Source of the DNA: Glycera tridactyla
Taxonomy: Eukaryota
Assembly (NCBI GenBank): GCA_965644265.1
Contig: OZ286472.1
Span: 45,074,001 to 45,138,000 of the forward strand
Direction of reading: 5' to 3'
Length of the DNA: 64,000 nt
Positions 51,943 through 64,000 of this stretch are shown here, in pieces. Within the stretch, counting starts at the first letter, position 1, and each line of letters opens with the position of its first letter. A model generated the notes under the pieces. That model did no database searches. It saw nothing but the letters and a program-made list of their open reading frames with translations, and was not told the origin of the DNA. Both the position numbers and the translations under genes were made by a program.

Positions 51943-52217
51943 NNNNNNNNNNNNNNNNNNNNNNNNNNNNNNNNNNNNNNNNNNNNNNNNNNNNNNNNNN
52001 NNNNNNNNNNNNNNNNNNNNNNNNNNNNNNNNNNNNNNNNNNNNNNNNNNNNNNNNNNNNNNNNNNNNNNNNNNNNNNNNNNNNNNNNNNNNNNNNNNNN
52101 NNNNNNNNNNNNNNNNNNNNNNNNNNNNNNNNNNNNNNNNNNNNNNNNNNNNNNNNNNNNNNNNNNNNNNNNNNNNNNNNNNNNNNNNNNNNNNNNNNNN
52201 NNNNNNNNNNNNNNNNN

Positions 52218-52945
52218 ATCACACCTGTGGAGAGTCATCAGTCATGGAATTCAGCCGGTGCTATCCACAGTAACGTGCAACTCCCAACTCAGTTTCCATT
52301 CAATGGCGCTCAGTTAGCCATCAACAGAAAATCCCTATTCATTAGTCACCCGTATTCTTCAGACATTCTCAAACACACCATTTCTACCGTGTATTGCATT
52401 CACTCATAATCTACCAGTTTTCCTTCACCCGCTCACTGAAACTTCCTATATTCAATCATATCTTAGGCTATGGATTGATCGTTCTGCATGGCAGCAGAAC
52501 AAGAAGCCTAGTGGCAAACAAATGTTGCCGGATATCCGACAACCCACGCTGCAATGGGGCTAGTCTTGATTCTCAAACCTGCATTATGACTGACAGGATC
52601 TGATCAAGTAAACATATGAGTTTTGTAATAATTCGGCTCGCAAAAGCTTATTACTCACTCGTTATTTAGCCTATCAGCTGAATTGGTACATCATTGAGAT
52701 AGTATTATTACTTTTCTGGACCTGACAATGTGTGGAGTCAAGTTATGTGGGATAACATGGGTTGCACACTTGAATTAAGTGATTCCTGTCAACAGCAAGT
52801 CATTGTTAAGTTTGAGGCGTTGACAGGAATAATTGCTGAATGCGGCCATATATAAACAACAACCGACCACAGCTAGGATCCTGATATCTAACAGCGAGAC
52901 TTCCCTGGTCCCTAATGTTGAAGTATGAACTCGTTGACAGTGTTG
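52218..52945 (+). repeat. Old tandem duplication, copy 2
   Basis: See copy 1; start offset 1217 bp including the estimated gap. Confidence 0.85.
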
Positions 52946-52977
52946 GGATAACATAGTTATGGTGCACCCTCCCCCCC

Positions 52978-52990
52978 CACACACACACAG

Positions 52991-53035
<45 letters not shown>
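52978..53035. repeat. (CA)n microsatellite
   Basis: Direct reading. Confidence 0.95.
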
Positions 53036-53037
<2 letters not shown>

Positions 53038-53268
53038 AATTAGGCATTTGTAGTATCAGGCAACATGGTTGAAATATTATAGTTGATGTTATAATCATTA
53101 TCACTGCTATCAGTGGGCGTGTTGTGTTGGTGATGATGATGGAGATGGTGTTAGTGATGATCACAAAGTAGGAAATCAGGGATTACACCTTAAGTATCTG
53201 TGCATTTCATGAATTTTCGCCTTCCACCTGATACTCAATATCCAACAATTCCCATTGAATGAGTGTCA

Positions 53269-53320
53269 AAATATAACAGATATGAGGCTGACGTGACGTT
53301 AAGCCAAACCAACCAACCAG
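53269..53320 (+). mobile_element. SINE-like 3' tail ending in (CCAA)n
   Basis: atataacagatatgaggctgacgtgacgttaagccaaaccaaccaacc, similar to the 41090-41160 element. Confidence 0.5.
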
Positions 53321-54334
53321 CCCAGACGGGATAATAAGTCATGGAACCATACAATGACTACACTACGCCGTCGTCACAATAGGGGTAACGGGGGGCGTCA
53401 TGTTAAGCAAGTGGTGATGAATATGAATCACATATAATCTGACAATGATTTATATTGAAGAAATGATCTGATTATCTGTTCAGATTGGCATTCCGTTATA
53501 CATCCATGATAGGAAAAAGGGGATGAAATTGGCTTTGGAAGGTAATATCCACACGTGAATGATTCCATTCTATTCACGATCATACAAACCTGGTGGATGC
53601 AGGGTCGAGTGAGATATGTATACAATTGTCATATCCATAGTCAACATAGAGTTCGGCCTAAATAACAGTCATTGTCATCACGTTATGACGACTATTATTA
53701 CAGGCTCCGTTGGCCGCCTCCCTGGCACTGAACCAAGTCTCCTACTATGACACTCGGGGTCACTGAATTCATGGAGTGGCAGAGGGCATCATATCGGGGT
53801 CATTGGCTAGATATAGTGACATATGTCGCCAGGACATAGTCTATTGTTGCTTTTTCTTTAGTTAGGGTCGACAGCAACATGGATGCTACCATCCTCAGAA
53901 ACGCACCGGTATTTGGCACTCTGAACGCATCACAATTTGAATTCATCGCAAATGAGTCAAATGGATTCATTTATTTGAGAGTATGTGCTGTTCACGAAGG
54001 TCAAATCATTGTGAGCCGATCGTCTCTATACTTTTAAGGAATTGTCGCCAAACATCAGCATCAGCAACAGCAACATCGACACAATGACAACAACATCAAC
54101 AATATCTACTTCTCTTCTCCATCATTTCCGAGTATACACGTAAATAGTAACAATTATGAGACCAATCTAACACAAATTATAACATCCTAACTCAACAACT
54201 GCATTACCAAAATGTACTGAGTTTATTTTGTAATATATTGCTATGTTCGTGTCACCCGCTTTGGTCACGGAAATGGAAAAACTGTTCTTAGTGGTTCCTT
54301 TTTCTTCACTGTTTTCCCTACGATGACAGTAGTC

Positions 54335-54450
54335 AGTGACTGGCTGGCTCGACGTTTGACTGACTGACTGACTGATTGATTGCATGAAATCCTGACTAGT
54401 TCACCCTCTGGATGGCATGATGACTGACTGACAAACTGATTGATTGATCA
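54335..54450. repeat. (TGAC/TGAT)n microsatellite tracts
   Basis: Direct reading. Confidence 0.85.
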
Positions 54451-56936
54451 GTGTTATAGTAGCACTGTTATGACCACCTACCAGTGGAACAATGTAAACC
54501 GAGACCCGTGAAAATGATCAGAGATAAACATCAGGACAAGAGGGTCGAATCAGACATGTATGCTTTCTTATTGAGGCCCACGCCATGCAATTATTCAAGT
54601 AGAGTGTATTTTGATAAGTTCTGAAGGCATGCAATCATACATCTAACATACCAGGAATATGTAGAGGAAGGCACTGTATCGTTAGGTACTGATTTTCCCA
54701 AAATTAGAGCACTATGTAAATTTGATTAAGAAGGTAATCTTCCCTCAAATCATTATCGCCATGTGTGTCATTGATCCACTCCCGAAATCATATATAATGA
54801 TTATGATTATCAATTACCCTCATTTGCCTGGCCTTCAATATCCCATGAGTATAGTTATCATGGATTACCCTTATTCAAAGGGCAATGGGTGTTCGGCTGC
54901 CGTTTGCAATTCATCCCTCTGTAGAGGGGGAAAAGAATTGTATCATTCACCTCCGAAGAAAATAACAAAGTATGAATTTGTAAAGCCTATTTACCGCAGC
55001 TGCGTTTATTCCTTAAGCATTTGGAAAATGGAGACAACTTGATGATCGCAACAAAGTGGGATACTCGTGAGGTGGAGGAGCAAATTGATAAGATATTCAC
55101 TCCGAACGCGACTAGGTCAATCCTGTGCAAAAAAGATCGTCTTGACAAGTAACGGAGAGATGAAGCACGCAAGGCTGAGCACGGGATTGATTACTCTGAC
55201 GGGATTTTATCTGGTGTAGAGATCTACCGAAGAAATAGGATACCATAATTTCAAACATTACGGGGGCACACATTATACCACAAGCTTGACACAATCATCT
55301 ATCCACAGACTCTTTGCTAATATCGATATTTCTCAATTGTCTAAGCACCGGCGAGGCTCACGACTATATACCATTCACGGGTGGTGTAGGCTGGCTAGGC
55401 TGGTTGTGAAAGCTATGAAGAACATTTAGGACTGTGATACTGCGTTAATCATCAATCGTCTAAGAGTATTCATCTGAAAGTGACAGTCCGTGATTCGAAA
55501 TGAGAACAGTGTATAAGCACAGACGAGGGGATCAGAGTTTATGTCTTTTCCAATCCTTTCTACGGGGTCTTTATTCGTCGTATAAAACCACATAAAAATG
55601 CTTCATGCATGAGTGATATCTTTGTGCCATCTGAAGTTCACTGATAGTCTGGCGTGATAAACCTCTGTACTTCAAGTGGATGAAACGTATTCATTACGGT
55701 ACAATCACCTCGGTTAGAAGTTTCTACTTTCAATGTCATACGCATGTCACGTACTAAGTACATCAATGACGTCTTTCCCAGTACGTCCGTCGGATATCTC
55801 AACTTTATGCTTCACACAGTGGCAGGTCAACACCGAGTGTATGCCCGAAGGAGGTATCCCTCAGCCAGTTGCTAGCACTGTCTTGATAACATGTGACGTC
55901 CACTGCCTACTATGGTAGTGAAGGGATGGCAGGCGTGGAAGCAGTGCGCTCACGCAAATTGCCAATCTGAAACAGAACTCACATAATGTTTGTCGCTTTC
56001 TGTTATCCATTCGATTCAGCTTGTTGATTGTTGCCAAACCAACTAATTTGGTCTAACCACAAGTTCGATATTTACATCATTTTCAAGGGGTATGTACGTC
56101 GGGACAAGGACAAACAGGACATACTCTGTTTCTTAACCGAATAGGGAAAAATTGACTCATTAATAGGGGATAGGAAACAACAAAAATGCCGCGACATGCC
56201 ACTTATTTCCGTTCATTTGCCAACACATGGCACATGTGATGGTTGCCAAATCATCAACAAAAATTGACCTTGTCGACACCGGTGTGACGTCTACATCGGG
56301 CAGAAGTTAAGAATGTTGGCATACACGTGAAATCACGAGTACACACATGCACTATCCGGACTAGACTCGCCAACACCCACTCCATTCAAGAGTCCACGCA
56401 TCCAGACCACATACGGGATCAGGGGCGAGGCGAGAGCCACCCTCACTCTGCCCTTGTTTCATGCAACCGATTTAAGCCCCAGCCATCTGGCTAGTTTCAT
56501 GAGCATCGGAAACATCTGTAATTCACTACACATGGGTATAATTATACAAATCTCAGATTACCAAAATACTATAAGCACACTAATGACTGCATGTCTATTG
56601 GACAACTGTAGGGACCTATAAGATGACATCAGTGGCTAAAATACCCTGATCGCACTAACTTGTCATAATGAGAGCGTCTTTGATCTTCGTCCTGACTAAA
56701 ATTGACGGATGTCGACACCCATGAGACACGATACTTGATATTGACAGATATATCTCTGTTGCTGGCAGTGGGTTTTCGTAGGTTATCAAATTGGCATCAT
56801 GTGTAGATGATCGTCTTCTTCAATGAATATACGTTGGTTTAGTCGCCATAATCGTCACGAAACATATTCTTATGCAACCTACGCATCATGAATATCTTCT
56901 ACGAGATTCAGAAAGTGTATTAATCTTACCAATGTA

Positions 56937-57096
56937 CAGTCGAACCTGTCTATAAAGACCGCTTTCGGTCGCATCAAAAAGCGGTCTTTATGGGCAGGTT
57001 GTCTCTATAGAGAGGTCATTTACTGTTGAAAATACTACCACGGTCGCAGCTCAGGTGGTCTTTATAGAGAGGTGGTCTTTAGAGCAGGTTCGACTG
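56937..57096. mobile_element. Tc1/mariner-pogo(Tigger)-type MITE (160 bp)
   Basis: TA|CAGTCGAACCTGTCTATAAAGACC...GGTCTTTAGAGCAGGTTCGACTG|TA; near-perfect TIRs and TA duplication. Confidence 0.85.
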
Positions 57097-60000
57097 TATA
57101 CAGATTTCATCCACGCTGATGAAATGAAATAGATCGAATAATGATGAAGGCACATGTATGGGATATACATTAAACACAGGTAAAAATGGAGTCACGTCAT
57201 TTACAAGCGATATCTCTCTAAGCATGCTGAATCACAAACTAAATGACGGTGTAGTCTGTATTGAACAGCAATAACAACTGTGTCTCCCATGATGCCTATG
57301 AACAGAGGCATAACATTCGACCTTAATGAATACAGGGTGCCTGTCCGCCTGTTTGCCTTTCTGTTTGGCTGGTCGGCTGGTNNNNNNNNNNNNNNNNNNN
57401 NNNNNNNNNNNNNNNNNNNNNNNNNNNNNNNNNNNNNNNNNNNNNNNNNNNNNNNNNNNNNNNNNNNNNNNNNNNNNNNNNNNNNNNNNNNNNNNNNNNN
57501 NNNNNNNNNNNNNNNNNNNNNNNNNNNNAGTCTCACCGTCTCCCCCACTTTTACCCTCACCCACTCACACAGATGCGCACAAATACAAATCATTTTTTCC
57601 ATTCGCATCGTATTCTTCGGCGAGTGGTTGTCTTCAGGAAGATATGTTCAAGCAGCTTTGCATGCGTGGGTGTGCTCCATGGTAAGGATGATAAATCCTG
57701 TGTCGCCCACTCTTGGTTCGCCATCTCAGAGCACCCTGGTCCAAACACATGTGTTCTGTACCCAGCACATGTTGGAGTTGAATGGGATCACTGAGGATCC
57801 AGCCGAAAGTACGCGCTTGTGTGGATGATCTTTTCTGTTTAGTGCGACACCCGAACAAAGAAATTTCAAGCAAAAGGTACATTTTTGTCGGGACACAGTA
57901 GAATGATATGAGTAAGGATTTTATAGTTCCTAATTCATAACAAATTGACGGGATCGGGACATGGCATTGTGATAGAGTCGTCCGAAATCACCTTTCCGGA
58001 GAAGACAAATGTATACCTCATATAAAATCATGTCTGTCCTGGGATGAAGACATTTCGAGCGTCATGCAACTATCAAGCATCGCAAATTGCAGGAAAAGAT
58101 CGGAAAATCCTGTTATGAGATATAGATCGGTGGAGGGCCACTCGCCAGAGCTACATCCATCATCGACAAGTCATACATCAAAACCATACGTGCTGTTGGA
58201 AGGCGGCCACCACGCCCGCTAGCCCATGGCTCAGTACCAAATTATATATACCTCGGTGAGGTGTGAATGGCTAACTACTTGTCTACTACTCCAATTGGCT
58301 GACCGACATCCCACTCCTAACACCAGGGCATTGGTGCATTCTCTTGGTTTATACCTGTTTGTATATCTTTGTCTTGCTATCCATCCGTCCNNNNNNNNNN
58401 NNNNNNNNNNNNNNNNNNNNNNNNNNNNNNNNNNNNNNNNNNNNNNNNNNNNNNNNNNNNNNNNNNNNNNNNNNNNNNNNNNNNNNNNNNNNNNNNNNNN
58501 NNNNNNNNNNNNNNNNNNNNNNNNNNNNNNNNNNNNNNNNNNTCCGTTTGTCCGTCTGTCCGTCTGTGTCAGTCCTTTCCTAGGTCTTGATAACAACACC
58601 ACGAACAGGACACCTAGCACACTGGTCATAGTAGCTATGTATTCCATTAGTTTCAAGCATTTCCCTACTTTAAGCATTGTGCATGAGGGGGATACTGTGC
58701 TTGAAGAAGAATATTGCCATGAGGATGGATTCTCAGCTCTCAGCCGCTACACATATACTATAGAATTGGACAACCTTATCGAGTGTTTCTCATTCATGTG
58801 AAGGTGTATACGAACAGTCAGCTACTTCCACTTGACAAACCTTCTGTTCCTCAATTATGTTGTGCTCACTGCAGTGATGTCTGATTTCAATATTATAACA
58901 GTGAATGGGCAGTTATACGTGATCTCTGGAGTAAGAATGAGTTCACCTTCTCCTGATATATTCGCATACCTTGTTAGACAACACCTAAGCACCAGGGTCA
59001 ACTGTATGTCATTTTAGCGTTATCCATGATGATGGTGATTGACATCTGGATAATGAAGAATTACCCGCCAGCTAGGCGCCAAATATCATATGGAAGATTG
59101 ACATGAGAACTGGAGGTTAACCAGGATGCCGTATGAAGGTCGATGACATTGCATCTAAAATAGAATATTGGATCTAGTGTGAAATTCCCCGTGTTCATTC
59201 CACAAGACAAAACATCTTTGTATCCCCAAATTATGGAGACAATTAGAGGACGAACAGATAGCCACCCCCCCCCCCCCCCCCCCGCCCCACCTCACCCCTG
59301 TGAATCGCGTATTGTAAGGCGGCAGAAGATGAAAATTGGTCACAGACCAAGTATTATTTTGTGAATAACATGCATCACATGAATTATATGATTGTATTTC
59401 CATATTCCAAGGTCATTGAAACTTTGACATGGGCAGTTGTGATGTGCTTCCAACAAGAAATTATGATTCAATTGTCCTATCCAATTTGAACAACAAAGAC
59501 TTCAAACGATACTGACACACATCCCCCATGTATATTATTAGTGACAGCCTATTCCACCATCTTCAGCGAAATGGATCCACTGACAAATATGGCTCTCTCG
59601 AATTTCAATATCACTATTGTTCTTGTAGGTCGTAATGAAGCCCATTTGCGGGATTCACCATGCAACAGATGAAGCTCAACAGAATTAACGATGAGATCGT
59701 ATATCATAGTCAGCCGGATTGGGAATTGGTGCTCGCAGGTGCAGGACTTGTGTATAACATGGATATGGGTTGATCCTGTTTTACATCACGGCGTGAGCCT
59801 GTGGGCCCTATAATAAGGGAGGGGTGGTCATGGACTCAAAGTGGCCGGGTTATGTCCGAACATGATTTATAATATGCAGGCATCATAAATATATAGTATG
59901 CCAATTACACATCTTCATGCATATAGGTTGTTCGACTTTATTACACGCCAATGTAGTCTATTGTCGTATAATTCCGATTTGTAATGATTGGTCTATTATC

Positions 60001-63000
60001 TTCTTGTTTCCTAAATGTGGCGTTTGTATGGGACAACCACATGCTGATTTTTAAGTGATAAACGTCATCCATAGTATTGAACCACGAGTATGAGATACTA
60101 CATCGAAGTTAGTTGCGCGCATTGATCCGAACTTCACTTACACCAGTATATTTCCAAAAACACAGAATCATATTTGGGATAATCGGTCATTGAAAGTAGG
60201 CTCGAGGGAAACATTCATTCCAGTTGCAACACAACTCGAATGTCTGTGAATTTCATAATTGATCGCCTTTTTGTTGGAGGCCAAGAAGAAGATGTCCTGG
60301 AGACACCACCCATGCCCATTGAATAGGCGTTATGATATAGCACAAACGAAGATGAATTGACGTAAAACTAGACCCAACCATCAAACCATCCAGTTACGAC
60401 TGAGGATATTCTGATGCGACTCAGGAGTTGGGGGTATCAGCTGGTATTGGCTCCCTGAATTACTGTTCCCCATGATTATACGTCTGGGTGATTCCTCAGC
60501 GAGAATATAAATCAATATTCACTCGAAATTATTTGTGTCTCAGTTTAGAAGTCACACAGTCAATTTAGGATGGTTACTTTTGCACACTAAGTTAATTTCA
60601 AGATAATCGAAATGGGGGATCAAAACTCAGAATTATAGTGAAGGCTGAGCCGTATTGGAATAGTCTCAGTCATTATGACTAGACATCCAGTGTACGTGCA
60701 GAAGGCCGGCCTCGGATATATATTGGTATCACTTTCATTCTATATATTTGAAGGAGGTCGATGGGCCGAAGTCTGGATGTTATGATCATTTTGTCTTTGG
60801 GAAGATCTCAGAAATCGCGTTTGCGTGTGTTATAGAATACTCGCGATTGTAATAGGAGCACGATGCATTAATACCTGAATAACCACCACCCTAAATTTGG
60901 CTGTTTCCGGAGGTTGCTGCATGTGGCTCTGCCTGGTAAATCACCTATCAACTGAATGGATAGTTGTTCAGTGTTCGATCAACCGGATTATCCGTCATGT
61001 AATATCCCTCGTTATTCTTGACTCGTCGGATGCTCTACACGCTGTTTGATATTTTGAGATTCACAGCCCACAGTTCATGTAACAAATGAATACAACTCAT
61101 ATGACACAGCTCGACGTTTTGAGATATTTGTCAATCTACAGGTCAACCCACTGACTTGTTGCCATTCCAACATTCCAAATGGAAAACGTGCGCTAAGACA
61201 TTTCAGTCAAGGGAAGTCACGAGCATGGCACCGGAATAACTTGAATTGATGCATCGATGACTTCTTGTATTTCATGGAACATGCCCCGATAATCATTTTC
61301 CCTTATTTCTTCAACTTGTCCATAAGAGCAGCTGAAGAATTGATCACACTTGATTTGTTGTACCGACATCAACCTACAAACATCACCCACGCGGGCACAC
61401 CCAGTTTGTTTATATAGATGACATTCCTAATCTGTCTAACTCGAATAGTCCTAATGACCTAACCATACTGCAGGCTTGAACCTGATGTCACCGTAAACGG
61501 AAAACGTTCTCAGATGTGGAATACTGTCCGGACCAATGTACCCGGCTGAGAATGAGGTTGTATCATACCTCACATACCCAATGTTTCTTCTGACCTTACT
61601 TCACAGTCTCAACTGACATTATTGAATGTGCTCTGTGGAATTTATCCATCGTGGAATTGTTCAGGTCATATACCAATGTCGAATATGGACATTGAGGTGA
61701 TGGCAAGAACTTTTATGGTCTGAAGCAATCTTTGTCTTATAGCAATCGGGCATTCACTAAAAGGTGGGGCATTTAAAATATTGGGTTGATCTTGAACTTA
61801 TACCACATGCGACAGCGAAGTAACACCTGTATAGTATATCAATGGCGTATCTGAATGGACTGTATTCCGTCTGATACGTGCAAAAAACATGGCCTCACCG
61901 AAGTATTCTCCATCCATATATCTTTTTCAGGCATCCTTGTGAATTTATCAAGATATTGGTGGTAATCCTATCCACATGGGTAATCTTGGCCCGAAAGAAA
62001 CGTTGTTGAGTGAGGATACGATGTCGATATTGGAGAGGTGACAGTTATAAATGAGGGTTCAGAGGGAAACAGCACGGCAAAGACGAAAAATGCGGCAGGG
62101 TGCTGAGCTCGTAGGATCCTATCAGTGGAATCGCGGTGATAGGGAATATGGCCTTGTTATCTTGGAGGGATAGAGACAGGGGTCATCTGCCGCCGCCACC
62201 CTCCCTGCGTCATCCCACCATCATGATGTGTACTGTTATGATCATATGATGATTTCTCATTGTAAGACTAGTGAACATCCGTTTCTCGTCCATCATCCCT
62301 GGTTGATGGAGTATACTGATATTGGAACCTCCGATGGTAAGTGCATACTCTGTTAAGTCGCCACAAAGATGGACCTGAAGTTCAATGATCCAACTTTGGC
62401 TATATACGATCTTTAGCTTAAACTGATGTTTCTCAGGTACGTTTATTCCATAGTCAAATCTCAGTCATTCTTGCAATAAATGTGAGGAAATCAAACGGAG
62501 CATACCAGTCCAGTATATGGGCTCCATCATTCCCAATTAAGCTTCCGTGATTTAATTCCGTGTTAGACATTATTCGAGCGCTAAACAGGTCAGCCACACC
62601 TTCGATGCTATTCTAGTATTCTCACTCTCAACGCGGACTGAACNNNNNNNNNNNNNNNNNNNNNNNNNNNNNNNNNNNNNNNNNNNNNNNNNNNNNNNNN
62701 NNNNNNNNNNNNNNNNNNNNNNNNNNNNNNNNNNNNNNNNNNNNNNNNNNNNNNNNNNNNNNNNNNNNNNNNNNNNNNNNNNNNNNNNNNNNNTGATGCA
62801 GAATGATGCTGATGTCATGTAGATGTAGGTGTTTGAAAATGACATTCTAGGTCATGTCAGGTGGGATATGATTCCCAAATCCATCCGAAAATATGTCCAA
62901 GGCAAGACTTGCTTAAGGAGCTCACTTCAAATCTGTTCTGTCCGTCTTGGCACTTACAAGAACCAACATAATATGTATGATTGCACTTCATGAACACTAA

Positions 63001-63964
63001 CTCGCTTATCAAAGGATGGCTTTGTGAGTTTGTGTCTATACGTACGCACGTGGAAGATCCACCCTGTTATTATGCGAAGAGTAGGGGAAATGTCCAGGCA
63101 GAAGTGCTCTATTCTTCCGCCATAGGTCCATTTCTTTTGGGAAAATTTTGAAAAAAAAAGGAAAACTAAAAAATCCAGAAATATAAATACACAAAAAAAT
63201 TCTGTCCAATAATTCGAGACTATATGTTTCAGAACTGACCAAGACTCCAGTTACAAATGATCTCGCCTGGGTTGAAAGACGTTGAGCCTTGATCAATCAA
63301 TCATTCAATCTCGCCCAGCATTCAAAGACCAGATCTCAAGGGTCAATAAGGCATCCAGGACACTAGATGAGCTGGCCGACATCATAATAATACGGACAGA
63401 AACATGGGCGAAATGTGTATTATGTTGGAGTCAAACATGATTACTGCGTCGTTTGATGTGATAGGTCGATTGGTGTAATTGTATGCAGCACTTTATCCAT
63501 TTTTGTGTCACACAGCATATTTCACAGTACCCAAAAAACACCATCAACGCTAAAACTAACGTCGTCGCCATCACTTCACTCCACATGTTTCACCTTCGAA
63601 TAATTTCTGTCATCGGCTACAGAAATGAATTGAGCGAATCATAACCAAGGCTTTAATTACAGTACACCCGATAGCCGCACTTTAGTTTTTGCTCAATTTA
63701 TATTTTTCGTTGTGGGGTCAACACCGTAGCGGCTCGATGGAAAAGTTGTCAGAGTGCTATTTCCGTTGAGAATGACAGACCATCCATGAAGCTCGTATGA
63801 GGTTTGAATGTGGTTTGCTACTAACCTGTCACATGATTTAATTTCATGCATCAAAGAATCCACCTATAGTGATAAAAAGTTGTCTGGATGAGGAGAGAAA
63901 AATGGGCTTCATATTTTGACAATATGGATGAGTGTGGTATAATTAACGAGGATTCAGGCTGCAT

Positions 63965-64000
63965 ACGACCACCACCACCACCATCATCATCATCATTGGT
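63965..64000. repeat. (ACC)n(ATC)n microsatellite
   Basis: Direct reading. Confidence 0.9.

Noticed and set aside
60150-62950. Possible decayed gypsy integrase or Maverick remnants (e.g. IRKYVQGKTC near 62885)
   Set aside because: No sustained frame and no diagnostic HHCC/DDE or polymerase motifs could be read.

Overview
This is eukaryotic, mostly non-coding DNA: roughly 40-43% GC by eye, CpG not strongly depleted, dense in tri- and tetranucleotide microsatellites, with 10 N-gaps typical of a short-read scaffold. The repeat types (GTCY-microsatellite Helentron-like element, TA-flanked Tc1/pogo-type MITEs, ...GACGTTAAA-type SINE tails) suggest an invertebrate animal, probably a lophotrochozoan; that assignment is inference. 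There is no bacterial operon, CRISPR array, rRNA or tRNA gene. Most entries in the ORF track are artefacts of microsatellites or N-runs. One coding exon is well supported (minus strand, 30516-30956): Ser/Pro-rich, containing a PMDLS CtBP-type motif and ending at a canonical GTGAGT donor; I could not find the rest of the gene or name it. The remainder is non-autonomous transposon relics (a 953-bp TIR element packed with GGACGTCC palindromes, two related MITEs, a Helentron-like element, an adjacent MITE pair), a 5 x 100-bp tandem array, and an old ~0.7-kb tandem duplication with one block whose substitutions are all synonymous. I found no convincing evidence of a new biological system. The exon, the duplication and the GGACGTCC element are the best leads.
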